DNA of 63,559 nucleotides, filler included, from Nemertoderma westbladi (Eukaryota; Animalia; Xenacoelomorpha): assembly GCA_032718475.1 (NCBI GenBank). It is 3 parts of 3 records of this genome, joined end to end, with 100 filler letters (N's around TTAATTAATTAA, not from the genome) between each part and the next. Parts side by side here need not be neighbours in the genome. Positions count along the whole stretch, not along the records: positions 1 to 27,175 come from JAUCBJ010003867.1; positions 27,276 to 49,828 come from JAUCBJ010003700.1; 1 more part is not named here. One strand, given 5' to 3'. Under the pieces are notes generated by a model. It had not been told where the DNA came from. It saw only the letters and a list, made by a program, of their open reading frames with translations, and did no database searches. Numbering within the stretch: the stretch's first letter is position 1; each line of letters begins with the position of its first letter. Positions 25,188 to 37,212 of the stretch are shown piece after piece. A program made the translations under genes and the position numbers.

Positions 25188-26921
25188 ATGATATCAGCGA
25201 TGAGGTTGCTAAGGAGATCTCGAGTGGTTGTGTTGTCAATAAGTTTTACTATGGTCATTATCCTACTGTATACGTTCGACCTGCTAAGTAACAGCGACAC
25301 CGACGGAAAATATAGAGGGCTCAAGGTGGATCCATCAAAATTGAACAAATACTCCACAGATAATGGCCGCCCAGATAACGATGTCTTTATTCTGCCTACC
25401 GAAACTATATCAACTGAAGATAAGTCGACGGAATCAAATAACCCAGTATTAACATTCGACGAAAATAAATTTATTGAAAAGGGAAAAACGAAACCCGGGG
25501 AGGATCCTTACGAGCGGAACAAGTTCAATCAGAGAGCTAGTGATGCGTTGCCTAGCGACCGTAGTGTACCTGATACCCGGAGCACGGCATGTCGGTCATT
25601 GGCGTGGCGGTCGGCCGAGTTGGAACCGACGAGCCTCATCATATCGTACCACAACGAGGCGCGATCCACGCTTCTGCGAACTATAGTGTCCGTCACGAAT
25701 CGGAGTCCACCGGAACTGATCCAGGAGATCATCCTGGTGGACGACTACAGTGACGACCCCACCGTAGGGAGCGAGTTGTCCATCCTAGAGAAAGTGAAAG
25801 TAATTAGGAACGAACAACGGGAAGGGTTGATCCGGTCGCGTGTGCGAGGGGCCGACGCGGCTACAGCACCGATAATAACATTCTTAGACAGTCACTGTGA
25901 GTGCAATGTGAACTGGTTAGAACCTCTTCTAGATAGAATATCTAAGAATCCGAAGGCCCTAGTTAGTCCAGTTATTGATGTTATAAATATGGACAACTTT
26001 GAGTATCAGGGTGCTTCTTCTGATATTAGGGGCGGGTTCGAGTGGAATTTGGTTTTCAAATGGGAGGGTCTGTCTTCCAGACAACACAGTCGGTCAGATA
26101 AGACGACACCAATAGAGTCTCCCATCATAGCTGGGGGTCTGTTCGCGATCCGACGCGATTGGTTCAACGAGGTGGGTCGTTACGACCCCGCCATGGATGT
26201 CTGGGGGGGCGAAAACCTCGAGATCTCCTTCCGCGTGTGGATGTGCCACGGGTCGGTGGAGATCATCCCGTGTTCCCGGGTTGGTCACGTCTTCCGCAAG
26301 CAGCACCCGTACACGTTCCCGGGAGGCGGGGCCGGCTCAGTGTTCGCTCGGAACACGCGCCGAGTCGCCGAGGTCTGGTTGGACGAGTACAAGAAGTTTT
26401 ACTTCGCGAGGGAGCCGCACGCCGCGTCCGTCAACTTCGGAGACATCAGTGAACGTCTCGAGTTGAAGGAACGACTCGGTTGTAAGCCGTTCAGTTGGTA
26501 CCTAAGGAACGTGTATCCGGAACTGCAGGTTCCCTCATTCATAGACGATTCCCCCTCGGTGTATCTACGACAAGGGGATTTATGCGTGGACTCATTAGGG
26601 GGAGTGGCGGGGGATAGATTATCCGTGTACGCGTGTCACGAACAAGGGGGCAATCAGGTGATGTATTTCACTCGAAAGGGGCGTGTTAGACACGGGGATG
26701 TTTGTGCGGGGGCCACTGTGGCTGATAGAGACACGGACGTGCGGTGGGAGAGCTGCGTAAACGGGTACAGTAGGTCGCAGGATTGGGTGAGGTCCTCACA
26801 GGGGCTAATCGTCTTTAAGGGGTCGGAGTACTGTTGGGAACTAGGGAGTACCCAAGAGATACATTTACAGGTCTGCGACCAACAGAATCCCTCGCAAATA
26901 TGGCAATTATCAGAATTATGA
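25188..26921 (+). CDS. GALNT2: Polypeptide N-acetylgalactosaminyltransferase 2-like (577 aa, single exon)
   Basis: N-terminal type II TM anchor, GEDPYERNKFNQ, HNEARSTLLRTI, EIILVDD, FLDSHCE (DxH), WGGENLEISFRVW, GHVFRKQHPYTFPGG, C-terminal ricin-B lectin with Q.W repeats. Confidence 0.93.
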   Translation: MISAMRLLRRSRVVVLSISFTMVIILLYTFDLLSNSDTDGKYRGLKVDPSKLNKYSTDNGRPDNDVFILPTETISTEDKSTESNNPVLTFDENKFIEKGKTKPGEDPYERNKFNQRASDALPSDRSVPDTRSTACRSLAWRSAELEPTSLIISYHNEARSTLLRTIVSVTNRSPPELIQEIILVDDYSDDPTVGSELSILEKVKVIRNEQREGLIRSRVRGADAATAPIITFLDSHCECNVNWLEPLLDRISKNPKALVSPVIDVINMDNFEYQGASSDIRGGFEWNLVFKWEGLSSRQHSRSDKTTPIESPIIAGGLFAIRRDWFNEVGRYDPAMDVWGGENLEISFRVWMCHGSVEIIPCSRVGHVFRKQHPYTFPGGGAGSVFARNTRRVAEVWLDEYKKFYFAREPHAASVNFGDISERLELKERLGCKPFSWYLRNVYPELQVPSFIDDSPSVYLRQGDLCVDSLGGVAGDRLSVYACHEQGGNQVMYFTRKGRVRHGDVCAGATVADRDTDVRWESCVNGYSRSQDWVRSSQGLIVFKGSEYCWELGSTQEIHLQVCDQQNPSQIWQLSEL

Positions 26922-27175
26922 CAAATTTAAAGTTTTTTTCTTTTAATATAATTTATTCGGATTACGTAATACACATTTTTTATCATTAATGATATAAAAA
27001 GTAAGGAGATAAAAAGAAAGTAGGGTAAAAAGTGATAGTTTGTTTATATTTTATTGATTACCGTTTTTTATTTGTGTGAGTTGTTTTATTATTAATAATT
27101 TTGGTGCATAGTTAATTGATTAATATCATGATCATAACATAACTTGGGATAATTTCGGTATAATTAAATAATATT

Positions 27176-27275
27176 NNNNNNNNNNNNNNNNNNNNNNNNN
27201 NNNNNNNNNNNNNNNNNNNTTAATTAATTAANNNNNNNNNNNNNNNNNNNNNNNNNNNNNNNNNNNNNNNNNNNN
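27176..27275. other. Scaffold gap with artificial TTAATTAATTAA linker
   Basis: N44 + TTAATTAATTAA (stops in all six frames) + N44; identical construct at 49829-49928. Confidence 0.97.
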
Positions 27276-29368
27276 TACCCCTTTTGTAAATTTACTAATT
27301 TATCACGTTCTAGCGCGATACTTTGCTGCACTTCTTGCAACTCTAGCCTACTTTCCCTTACTGTGCCCTTGAATTGCTGAACAGTCTCCTGCATCTGTCC
27401 GAGCAGGAGATCCATCCCCCGTCGTCTCTCATCCACCCATTCGACCGCCGAAGCGGGATTCGCCAACGTTGTAGCGGGCGGACGAGGGACAACGGGCGAC
27501 AAATCATGAATATTTCGCTCGGAGTCCAGGGTATGAACTGTCTCACGGACTGTTCTGCTGGGCACAGGTAGCTTAGTGCTGTGCAAAGGGAATTGAGAAG
27601 TAGGTTCAGGGAGTACAGGTGTCTCTACGACCGAAAGGGTGGCTTCGGGAACAGGCCTAATTATTTCAGGCTCATCTACTATAGTAGGGAGTCTCTCTAT
27701 TGTAATTATTTGGTCTGTGGGTTCTGTACTACCTAAGTTGGTGTTATTTAGTTGCCTTCTAACAGCTGGAGGCAAATCAGGCAATTTCTGACGGTGGGAT
27801 GTTCTTTTACGTCTGCTTAGGTGAGATCTATTTCCTTTGCCTTCAGTATCAGTGGTATCGCCTTCTTCAGATGATGTATATCCCTGTCTTTTGGGAGTAG
27901 ATCGATTCATCATCTGCATATTACTAGCTGTTAACTGTTTATTTATGCAGTCTTGATTCTCCTGAATGTTTTCCAATTCTAGTTGGGTGGTTTCTTCAGC
28001 CGCTATCCGTTCTGCTTCTGCTACTGCCTCTGCCGCCTTTCTTTCCGCTTCGGCCGCTTTTCTCCCCGCTTCTGCCTCTGCCGCTGCCGCCTTTCTTTCC
28101 GCTTCGGCCTCTGCCGCTGCCGCCTTTCTTTCCACTTCGGCCGCCTTTCTTTCAGCTTCTGCCGATGCCACTGCTGCTGCTACTGCCGCTGCCTTTCTGT
28201 CTTCTATACGTTTTTTCTTTACTTGTTCTTCTTGGACTCTAGTGATGCGGAGGCGTTCATCAAATTTAGCCTGGTTCGCAGCCCTCATTTCCACATTGAT
28301 GGCATCCAACACACGCTGAGTTCCTTCGCTATTAGGGCTAAGTCCATCTAACCTTCTCCTCAACTCTTCATCTCCCAAAAAACGCTGATAGTCTGACAGA
28401 TAGATGTCAATGGCATCCCTCTTATGCGGTTTCTCTGCCGTCGCTTCACTTTCCACTTGGGAAAAAGTAGCGTCTGTTGATTCTCCATGGGTTGAGCGCT
28501 CCTCCAGCTGAGCTTTCCACTGAGCCGTTCCTTGAACCTGGAGACTCACCTTTTGAAACCAAGTCTTTACAGCAACTTGCAACGACGTGTCTTGTCTTCT
28601 TTTAGAAGCCTCCTCAAAGGCTGATAAGATTAGCCTGATTCGTAGAATTCTTTCTCTAACTTGAGAAAGCAGTTGTCCCTGCTCTTGAGGTCCTTGGGGT
28701 TGTTGAAACAGTTGTTTTTCTACTCGCTCCATAGAGCTGAAGAATCCCTGTGCGTATCCGGCTGCGGACCTCTTCCACACAGCTGGATCGGTGGTCTCCT
28801 TGGCTACTCCCATCCGGTGTATGTCTTCCCAGGCAGCTTCTGATAAATCAAACGGGAGTCCGGGTCCGGGGAAGTTCCATTCCGACTCGACCATAGACTT
28901 CAGTTCTTCCCTTGTGTATCCCTCATAACTATCTCTAGTTGATCGCTTACTTCTCGCCCAATCGATCTGGTGTTCTTCCACCGCGATCAATAACCTAGTG
29001 AGTATGGCTGCAGGAAGGATTAGAAGGGGATCCGAATAAACCGCATCCGTCATCTTTGCTCCGCGTTCGGGTGTCAGTTCTACCGTATCTTCACTACTGG
29101 AGCTGTCGGGCCGCTGAGAAATAAGTTCTTGGCTCGCGGGTGGTTGCTGTTCCGCTGCTTCTTGGTCCCGCTTGACCTGAGCTCGAGTGCCTATGATAGA
29201 CCTACGATGTTGGACCAGCCTAGGTTCTGTTATTACTACTGGAGGGATGACCTTCCTCACAGTGGGAGGTGAACTGAACTTAGGACTAGACGGTTCTACA
29301 CCTCTATCTGAGTCGCAGATAGTTACATCTAATAAACTGTCTGACAGGTTCTGTTTAGTATCAGACAT
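27276..29368 (-). CDS. Long ORF1/Gag-like N-terminal region of an LTR-type retroelement, truncated by the gap
   Basis: About 700 uninterrupted codons from ATG 29368 into the gap; charged coiled-coil with (AEAERKAA)n repeat and Pro-rich linker; lies downstream of an LTR-like repeat. No capsid or zinc-knuckle motif is visible, so the Gag call is inferred. Confidence 0.6.
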
Positions 29369-29494
29369 GTTGGTTTGCACAGTTGAATGCCTACTGCTAT
29401 ATTACAGTCTAAGCAAGTCTAGTAATTCAGTATTAACTGCTAGCCTAGTAATTAATTACCGATACTGCTACTCAGTGTAGCGTGATATATAATA

Positions 29495-29755
29495 TATTAG
29501 AATACCGGTATGCTTATGGTATATATAAGTATTATTACAGACTAGGTTTTTCACAGAAACCGGTATATAATTTTAGCACAAATATATATAAATATATAAT
29601 AGGCCTATCGTGAATACCGGTATGCAGTTTACACTTATAGTGTATATATATAAGTATAATTACAGACTAGAATTAATTACAGAATACCGGTATGATTTCA
29701 ACCTAAAATTTATAGAAATAAATATAATAAGCCTATTGTAAATACCGGTATGTCA
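29495..29755. repeat. Degenerate tandem repeats in the element's 5' leader
   Basis: AATACCGGTATG-type core recurs five times with paired TATATAAGTAT.ATTACAGACTAG blocks. Confidence 0.7.
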
Positions 29756-30018
29756 ATTATTTTAGAATAATTGAATTTCTGAATTTTAAGGGTTACTTGG
29801 TTACTTTAACTTACTTTATTACCGTTATTTAAGCAGTAGTCCAACTGATATTGAGACCTAATTGTTGTATGGCAGGCCTACTATTTATAAATCGTTTGAG
29901 TTGATTTATAATATATATATACCCATTGAAATGGGTTTTTGTCAATGTTTGAAATAAATGTTATTATTTCTGGGGGAGTCGCTACACATAAGCTGTGCGC
30001 TCTCAGTGGAGTGCTACT

Positions 30019-32737
30019 TGTTAGACACTAAAACAAATAATTCTAATTTACCTAAGTTACTTAATACTACAAATTACGTACAATTCGGGTTGAGATTACA
30101 ATCTCTAAATAAACACAAAAATTTTAATTACAAATACACAAATACAAATTTTTAGGGTAATTTTACAAGAAGTCTACTAACCAGCCTAACAAAGGGTTAG
30201 AATATCTGGTTATTACAACGGACAGGGTACTAAGGTATTTGAAAATAATAAGTAGTAGTAAATACACTGCGTTGTCCAGATAGGAAAATACCACCGCCTG
30301 ATGACCTATAGCCGTATCGCTATAGGTACTACGTTATGTATCACAGAGTGTTCCTACCTAGAAGTTAATAGAGCTAACGTACGTGCCTATCAACCACTTT
30401 ACAACACAAATATAATGCCTACACTAATTACTTTCGGAAAGCACTGTACACTAAACCCTAAATTAGGTACGAGTACTTGTACAACAAATAATCAGTAGTT
30501 AAAAATACTTGAACAGCTAAAAGAACCACGGCATCTGCTGGAGTGACCGGTGCACAAAATCACCAGTCTTTACCTACGCCAAGCAGCCCGTGTAGTACCG
30601 GGGTTAGTTTAACTATAACGGTATGTATAACAAACACAATTACTGTAGGAACAAACTTGGGGATATGAATGTTGCGAATAATCGCATAAACTCTGAATAA
30701 TAAATATTACGCTACGCGTACAAACTACTCAAACAAAATGCAGACCAAATACTGACAGACTACTATCAAGCCTAAACAAACTACGGTATATGCAGACTCC
30801 AAAATGATTAGTTAGTATGCGTTCTAACCCAGTAGTACGACTTATTCTTTAGATGGGGGTTTACCTTACAGCGATGGCTGCCCCTACTTCCTAACCTTTC
30901 TTTATCGGACAAATGCTTTGCACACACCGAAATTTCCTCAAACCCAACAACAGCCAGACAACTATCCAACCTACAAATTATCTAAATAAAATTATACGCT
31001 ACCCGTACAGACTACACAAACAAAGTACAGACCAAACGCTAGCCAACTACTATCAAGCCTAAATAAACCACAGGACATGCAGACTCCGAAATGGTTAAGT
31101 AGTATGCGTTCTAACCCAGTAGTACGACTTATTCTTTAGATGGGGGTTTACCTTACAGCGATGGCTGCCCCTACTTCCTAACCGTTCTTTATCGGACATA
31201 CACTCTACATGTACTGTAATCCGTTCAGACCTAATCAACAGTTAGCCAACAATCAAGCCTACAAATTATCTGTACAATCTGAGCAGAGTTACACGCCTTC
31301 TGCTCAATATCAACCTACTAGTAAATAAAACTGGCAGAAATAAGTAAACTATACAAAAGAATGAGGGGTGATCAATCCCTATTCCCCTGGCAGCCTACAG
31401 TATACAATAGATCACAATCGAATAATACTGCTGTACCTGTACTGTTGTAGGTACCGGTCCGGATGATCAGGCAGTCAGGCCTACTGGTTACCGGTCGACC
31501 GGTACTTTCGACTAGATTGCTTACACCGCAATCCAGAAGCAATATCTGTTATTGTTTGCGCTTTTAAGACCTTTGACAGTTTAACCTGCCAAAATTAGAA
31601 TGTCTTTTAGATGATATATATTCTTTAGCTTTATGACGAGTATTTGACACACTACATTAGCCGAAGCCAGTCTATGCGCAATCATTCACCCGTTGGATAT
31701 GCCCGGGAGACTGAGTTCGGAGCTTAATGATTGATGGTGTAAGCCTACTGTATTATTCGACTGATCGTAATATATAATCTCTGACAAATATTATTCACTT
31801 TCGGGAAATATTAACAGTTCCTTTAGGACGTGGCGCTCTAAATATGTAAACGGAGTTATGACTTAAACTAGTCACAACGAAAAGGCTATAGATTAACGTA
31901 TATGGCGCATTCTTTAGGAGATGCTTTGTTATCAGTTACAATCATACACAATGCTGCACAATACTGCACACTAATCTGCCGACCTTCACTAAATTTGGTC
32001 ACGTATAAAGAGAGCAACAGACAATTTATGTTGGGCATATGAAATAGCATTAGATTCACTTCAAACCACTCAACATAGGTCGCAATCGTTTATCTGTAAC
32101 CGGTCTCTCTAACCTTTAGTATATCAAGAAGGTGGGGTGTCTGACTATTGATCAGTATTCCGATATAATATTTCATCAACAAATATAATGAACAACAGCA
32201 AAAGCAGTAATGTAAGATATGAATTGCATAGATATGTATGATAAGGTTGTAATTAACTCGGTAACTCAAGTTAGTCGTTTGATAACAGATATACATTCTA
32301 TAATTAAGCCTACTAATGTAAAGCTAAAGAACGCTGATATACGGAGGTGCTAAAAGCCGATGTTCTTAGGCTCTGAGCAAAAACATAACACTGAACTACT
32401 GAGTTCTGTATACACCTCCAACACAGAGACAAAAAACGCTCTGATTGGTCAACCGAACAACGAGAGAACAAAGAAACAAAGAAACGTCGACGTGGCAATA
32501 TCAGCTGTTAGCCGTCGTCATGGTAGCGACACTGTTTTCAAGAGTATCCAGCTTATCGCGTCACGAGATTGCGGATTATGTCCTCTAAAGTACAAATACA
32601 GTACAAATACAGAAGAAATGACTTTTATGTCCTCTAAAACACCAGTACAGCAAGGACACGGCCTTTTTATGCCTGGCAAACCAACTACAGAGTACTTTAA
32701 GGGAAAATAACCGGTTAATGACGCAAAAGCTTTTACA
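30019..32737 (-). mobile_element. Putative long LTR (about 2.7 kb), copy A
   Basis: 5' terminus TGTAAAAGCTT shared with copies ending at 34123 and 53785; conserved CCAAT (32444-48) and TATA-like (about 32300) boxes; colinear homology with 51743-53785; tentative 3' end ...TAACA followed by PBS-like AGTAGCACTCCACTG (left boundary uncertain). Confidence 0.65.
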
Positions 32738-32807
32738 ACAGCAGTTGTCATGAATTCAATACAATCGCGCACAAGAAGTGATAAGACAAATTCGTTCTTA
32801 TTTTTGT

Positions 32808-32892
32808 AATAAATAAAACAAGTTGAGATGTTTCAATGTAAACCGCGATTAACAATCGGTTTAAATTGAAACTTATCAACTTGTTTTATTTC
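32808..32892. repeat. Short foldback repeat, related copy at about 37100-37212
   Basis: AAATAAAACAAGTTGA...TTTCAAT / ATTGAAA...TCAACTTGTTTTATTT inverted arms; the same sequence occurs in reverse orientation near 37160-37212. Confidence 0.6.
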
Positions 32893-33019
32893 GAAAAATA
32901 GCCCCATAGCACGAAAATTGCCGTAGACTCAATGATAGAAACACCAGCTGGTGTGCTCATGAAAAAGAAATGATAGAGAGGGCCTATTAAATTAATGCTA
33001 TATTAAATAGGCCCAAAGT

Positions 33020-34123
33020 GTTCACGCTTTCAGACCTTTAGCAGTTTAACCTGCCAATTTTAAATGTCCTTTTGATTATGAATCGACTTTAGCCCTTTTA
33101 CCAATTACCTGGTGTACTGAAGTTACATCAGCCGAAGCCAGTCCGTGCGCGGCGTATGACCCACAGTGTGGGAGACTGGATTCGGGTTCCCTAGGAAGTT
33201 ATTGCGGTGTAAGCTACTTTGTATTATTCGATTGATCGCTACTATATAATCTCTGACAACTATATTTACTTTCGGGGAAATATTAACAGTTCCTTTGGGA
33301 CGTGGCGCTTTAAGTGTAAAAACAGAGTTATGACTTATACTAATCACAACTAGATGGCCACAGAGTTTCGTAAATAGCGCATTCTTTAGGAGATGCTTTA
33401 TTAACCTTCACACGACTTCACACTACTTTACACTAATTTGCCGACCGTCACTGAATTTGATCATATATAAGGAGGATTGCAACTGACACACGTAGGGATT
33501 ATGAAATAGCATTTAATTCACACAAAACCACTATAATTTAAGTCGCAGTTGCTACCGGTAGACTCTTTCTCCGCTTACCTCAGTAATCAAGAAGATTGAG
33601 GGGGTTTATGATTATTTATCGGTATTCTCCAAATATAACATCCATTAATATAAACAACAATTAATACAATATAAAACAGCAGTAAAACAGTGCGGTGAAC
33701 AGTCAGTATGTGTTCATGAAGTTCAGTTTGGTGCAATGCGTCGTATTGAGTAGAATTGGGTGTGGTTTGTTAATAGATTTACGTTCTTATAACTAAGGCC
33801 ATCAGATGTGTTTGGGCCAAAGTCTGAAACGACCGTACTTAGTACAGAATTCTGAGATGAATCTAATTCTCAGAAAAATAATAAGCATATTGCATTGCGC
33901 TAGTTCTCAGGTAGGTCTCCGTTGGTATAACAGAGAAGATTGCTCTGATTGGCTGAATAAGCCAGGACAAAGAGATCTCCACGTACACAAAGAATCAGCT
34001 GACAGATTTCGTCATCTTGGTTCTAATTTCTTTCCGACGCGTAGTTGAACAATTTTAGGGCTATTTTAGAGTATTCTGCGCATTGCGTGAAAATGACTTG
34101 TTATGTCCGCAAAAGCTTTTACA
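33020..34123 (-). mobile_element. Truncated, diverged second copy of the long LTR (5' 1.1 kb)
   Basis: Colinear with 31555-32737 (e.g. CAGTTTAACCTGCC, AGCCGAAGCCAGTC, TATATAATCTCTGACAA, GCGCATTCTTTAGGAGATGC) and ends at the same AAAAGCTTTTACA terminus. Confidence 0.75.
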
Positions 34124-34156
34124 CAAAGCTTGGCGAACTAGTATAATCAAGGTGCC

Positions 34157-34670
34157 ATGTTTAATGTCATGTTGGAGCCGGTGGTGAGGGAGCAGATGGA
34201 GGACGGTGATGGGGCAGGGCTGCGGTGCGATGTAGGGATTAGGGGCGCGTTTAACGCACAGACTCAGGCGTTGATCGATATCAGGTCAACCAACCTTGAC
34301 GCCGAGTCTTACGCTAAACGTGCTCCTATGACCATTCTCGAGGCTGCGGAAGATGAGAAGAAGCGGTTGTACGCGGCTGCTGTAGCAGCTCGTCGCGGCG
34401 ACTTCTCACCTTTCGTGGCTTCGTGCGACGGAGTGTTGGCACCGCAGGCGAACATGCTGCTCCGCATTATCGCCACCAAACTCCACAGCGCCTGGGGTAA
34501 ACCCTACACCACCGTTATGGGATGGGTCCGCACGCGAGTGCAGTTCGCCATTGTCCGCGGTACGTCCCACTGCCTGCGCGGATCTCGCACGAGGTGGCGT
34601 AGCGGTCTGGGATTTGAGGACGGGGCCGGTCTCCCAACATTGGCCATGTAAATAAACCTGTAAATAATAT
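34157..34670 (+). mobile_element. 3' fragment of a CRE-clade (restriction-like endonuclease) non-LTR retrotransposon
   Basis: RCDVGIRGAF..Q..LIDIR...DAESY...EDEKKRLY...GDFSPFV.S.DG...WVRTRVQFAIVR...CLRGSR is the typical C-terminal RLE region of animal CRE elements; GC-rich, followed by AATAAA. Confidence 0.75.
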
Positions 34671-34829
34671 ATTGTTGGACTTTTCCCACTCCTACCTAAA
34701 AGTTATTTTTAAAGTATGATTGTTTCCTGGTGGTGGGTATTACAGCCATTGTTTGTTTTGTGTTGTTTTTTTTTATTGTTTGTATTTGTCTCAATCCAAT
34801 ATCAGCAATAAAAACCGTAGTACTGACTG

Positions 34830-35860
34830 TATAATCAAGGTTATTTACAAGGGAAAAGGAAAAACTACTGATCCAGACAACTACCGGGAATTGTGTTAAT
34901 TTCGGTAATGTTAAAGGTTCCCACGTCCATCATAAGTAAACGCGTTCGATCGTTTCTCCATAAAGGAATCCCACTGGAACAATTCGGCTTTCAAAATGGA
35001 AAATGGACAATACAAGCGATAAACAAACTTTTAAGCGACATCAGTGACACGATACACTCAGACAACCATAGGGAACGAGTAGTCTACGCTCTATTTATAG
35101 ATTTTAGAAAAGCTTTTGACATGGTCAGCCGTTCCAAGCTCCTTTGCAAAATTTACAAGCTAGGAATTAAAAGGAAAACGTTTGTCTTGATTAAGGATCT
35201 GTTTAATAATTCTATTAGAATTTTCGACGGTTTGCGTTTATCAGAACCCACTCGACAACTACGAGGAATATTACAGGGAGATTGTTTATCGCCTCTTCTT
35301 TTCATCCTCTTTATAGCTGACCTAGCTACGGCGCTAAGAAATGTCTGCCACCTGATCAAATTTATATTCTTTGCCGACGATTTGGTAATCTATTCGCGGA
35401 ATAGGGAGACTATTCAGCTACAGTGTATGCTTAAACACTCTCCACCAATGCTGCGTATTAAATGGTATGGAGTTAAATCTTATTAAAACGAAAGTAGTCA
35501 AGTTTAGAAAAGGCGGCCGCCTATCCAAACATGACAACTTTACTTACAACGGGAATCCGGTACAACTCTCCAACGAATATGAATACCTTGGTTTAACGAT
35601 TCAGTCCAGCCTATGTTTCACTAACCACATTCTGAGAAAAAAACAAAAGGCATTCAAATTAATAGGATCTCTTCGGAACCTCCAACTCTTGTCAGTTCCA
35701 ACAGCTATGAAAATATTTAATGGTAAAATATCTCCTATGGTACTCTACGTTCTTTCAAGTTACAGTCGATATCTGAAGCTGAACCATCTAAAGGAGCTGG
35801 ACAAAATCAAGACGACATTTGCAAAACGCGTTCTCGGACTTCATAAATCGGCAAACTTTG
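34830..35860 (+). mobile_element. Frameshifted LINE reverse transcriptase fragment (RTEX/CR1-group-like)
   Basis: DPDNYR, EQFGF, FIDFRKAFD, GILQGDCLSPLLF, FADDLV, KTKVVKFRKGGRL, YEYLG across ORFs 34893-35486 and 35467 onward. Confidence 0.85.
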
Positions 35861-35920
35861 ACTCTGATGGATATATATATGGGCCAGCATTTGTCTCATC
35901 CACATGGAAGCTTCCACATG

Positions 35921-36357
35921 GGAGTCCATGCTGGGCTCTAACTGCTGAGGACACCAAATCTCTGGATGGCACATTCACAAGAATTCTACGCCAGGTTCAT
36001 TGTGTCAAGTACAATGCACACATCTCCAACCAGACACTATATAACATTGGAGGTGTCTCATTGGTTCCCCCAAGCTTGACACTAGAACAAAATCGCCTCC
36101 GCTTTGCAGGACATTGCTTTCGCGTGAGGACCAACCAGTGCATAATCTTGTACTTTGGCAGCCTCATGGAGTGAATAAGCATGGTGGACAGCCCATGACT
36201 TTCTTGAGACGCATCTTAAAGGACACTGGCCTTGAAGATGCGGATGATCTAGCAAATGTCATGGGTGATAGGGAGTTGTGGCGGTGCAATTTTGTCGATA
36301 AGCCGGCACAGCATTCTTAAAAATGCAGCTGCAATGCAGCATGGCGCTCCTAGTAGT
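35921..36357 (+). mobile_element. RTE-clade LINE 3' fragment
   Basis: W.LT....KSLDGTFTRILR...RLRFAGHC.R...LVLWQP.G..R.L.DTG...M.DRE.WR; near-identical to 44730-45173. Confidence 0.87.
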
Positions 36358-37212
36358 TCCAGGACAGAAATACCGCCATGTAATCACCCGATCTACTTGC
36401 CATGGGTTTCACAATAAGCTGTGTACGAACCCCACCCCGTTCCACTCACTTAGCCTGGAATGCAGTTGTAGATTCTGCGGCGAGTGCTGCAGCGACCGTC
36501 TGCACGTTTTCAACTGCACGTCCCCCCCCCCCCCCCCCCCCCCCCGGTGGCCTCACTTGCTATTAATTAATCTATAATACATTGTAAATTTCATATATTT
36601 TTAACATTGATTAATTTTTATCATGAACCTGAATATATTTACACTTTTAACATTTCCGACGGTTTGGTCTAATTTTAACAGGTATATAATTCACAAGTTA
36701 CAGGGCGCTCCATAGTCTTGGACTCCCTGTGTATGTGTAATATTATTGTGCTATTATATTACTTATAATGAATTAATATAGTTTACCCCGATCTGGGGTG
36801 TTTATTCTAAAAAAAAAAAAAAAATAGGCCCAAACACAAACTGCAGAGAAGTAATGTTTTGCCAAGTCCTGTAAGGTTGTGTTTACTCAGTCACCCTATC
36901 CCAGACAGTAAGCAAATATCAACTGTTACCCAGCTGATAGCCCTCCCCAGTGAATCCTATGGGAATATCTACAAGGTTACTCACTGTGCTGTGTTATGTG
37001 GCAGGCGAGCTAATTGAATTTTAGTTAGACAGAATAGGGCCTACTTCTATTTCTTGACTATCTGGTACTAAGTGTATTGAAATGTACTCTGTTATAATAA
37101 TAATAAAACTGTTGTATTTAATTAATATCGTGGTTTACATTGAACAGCAGTTTAAATTGTTAATCGCAGTTCACATTGAAACATCTCAACTTGTTTTATT
37201 TACAAAAATAAG

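Noticed and set aside
25474-26466. Overlapping alternative-frame and antisense ORFs in GALNT2 (likewise in Dicer, WASP, ORF1 and Gag)
   Set aside because: Shadows of GC-rich or biased codon usage with no independent motifs.
27220-27231. TTAATTAATTAA as a biological site or as the stop codon of the 718-aa ORF
   Set aside because: Assembly linker centred in Ns and repeated identically at 49873-49884; the ORF's true end is unknown.
31775-31790. GUCAGAGAUUAUA resembling the group I intron R element
   Set aside because: No matching S element/P7 partner or P4-P6 core found by eye; kept only as part of the unassigned structured RNA.
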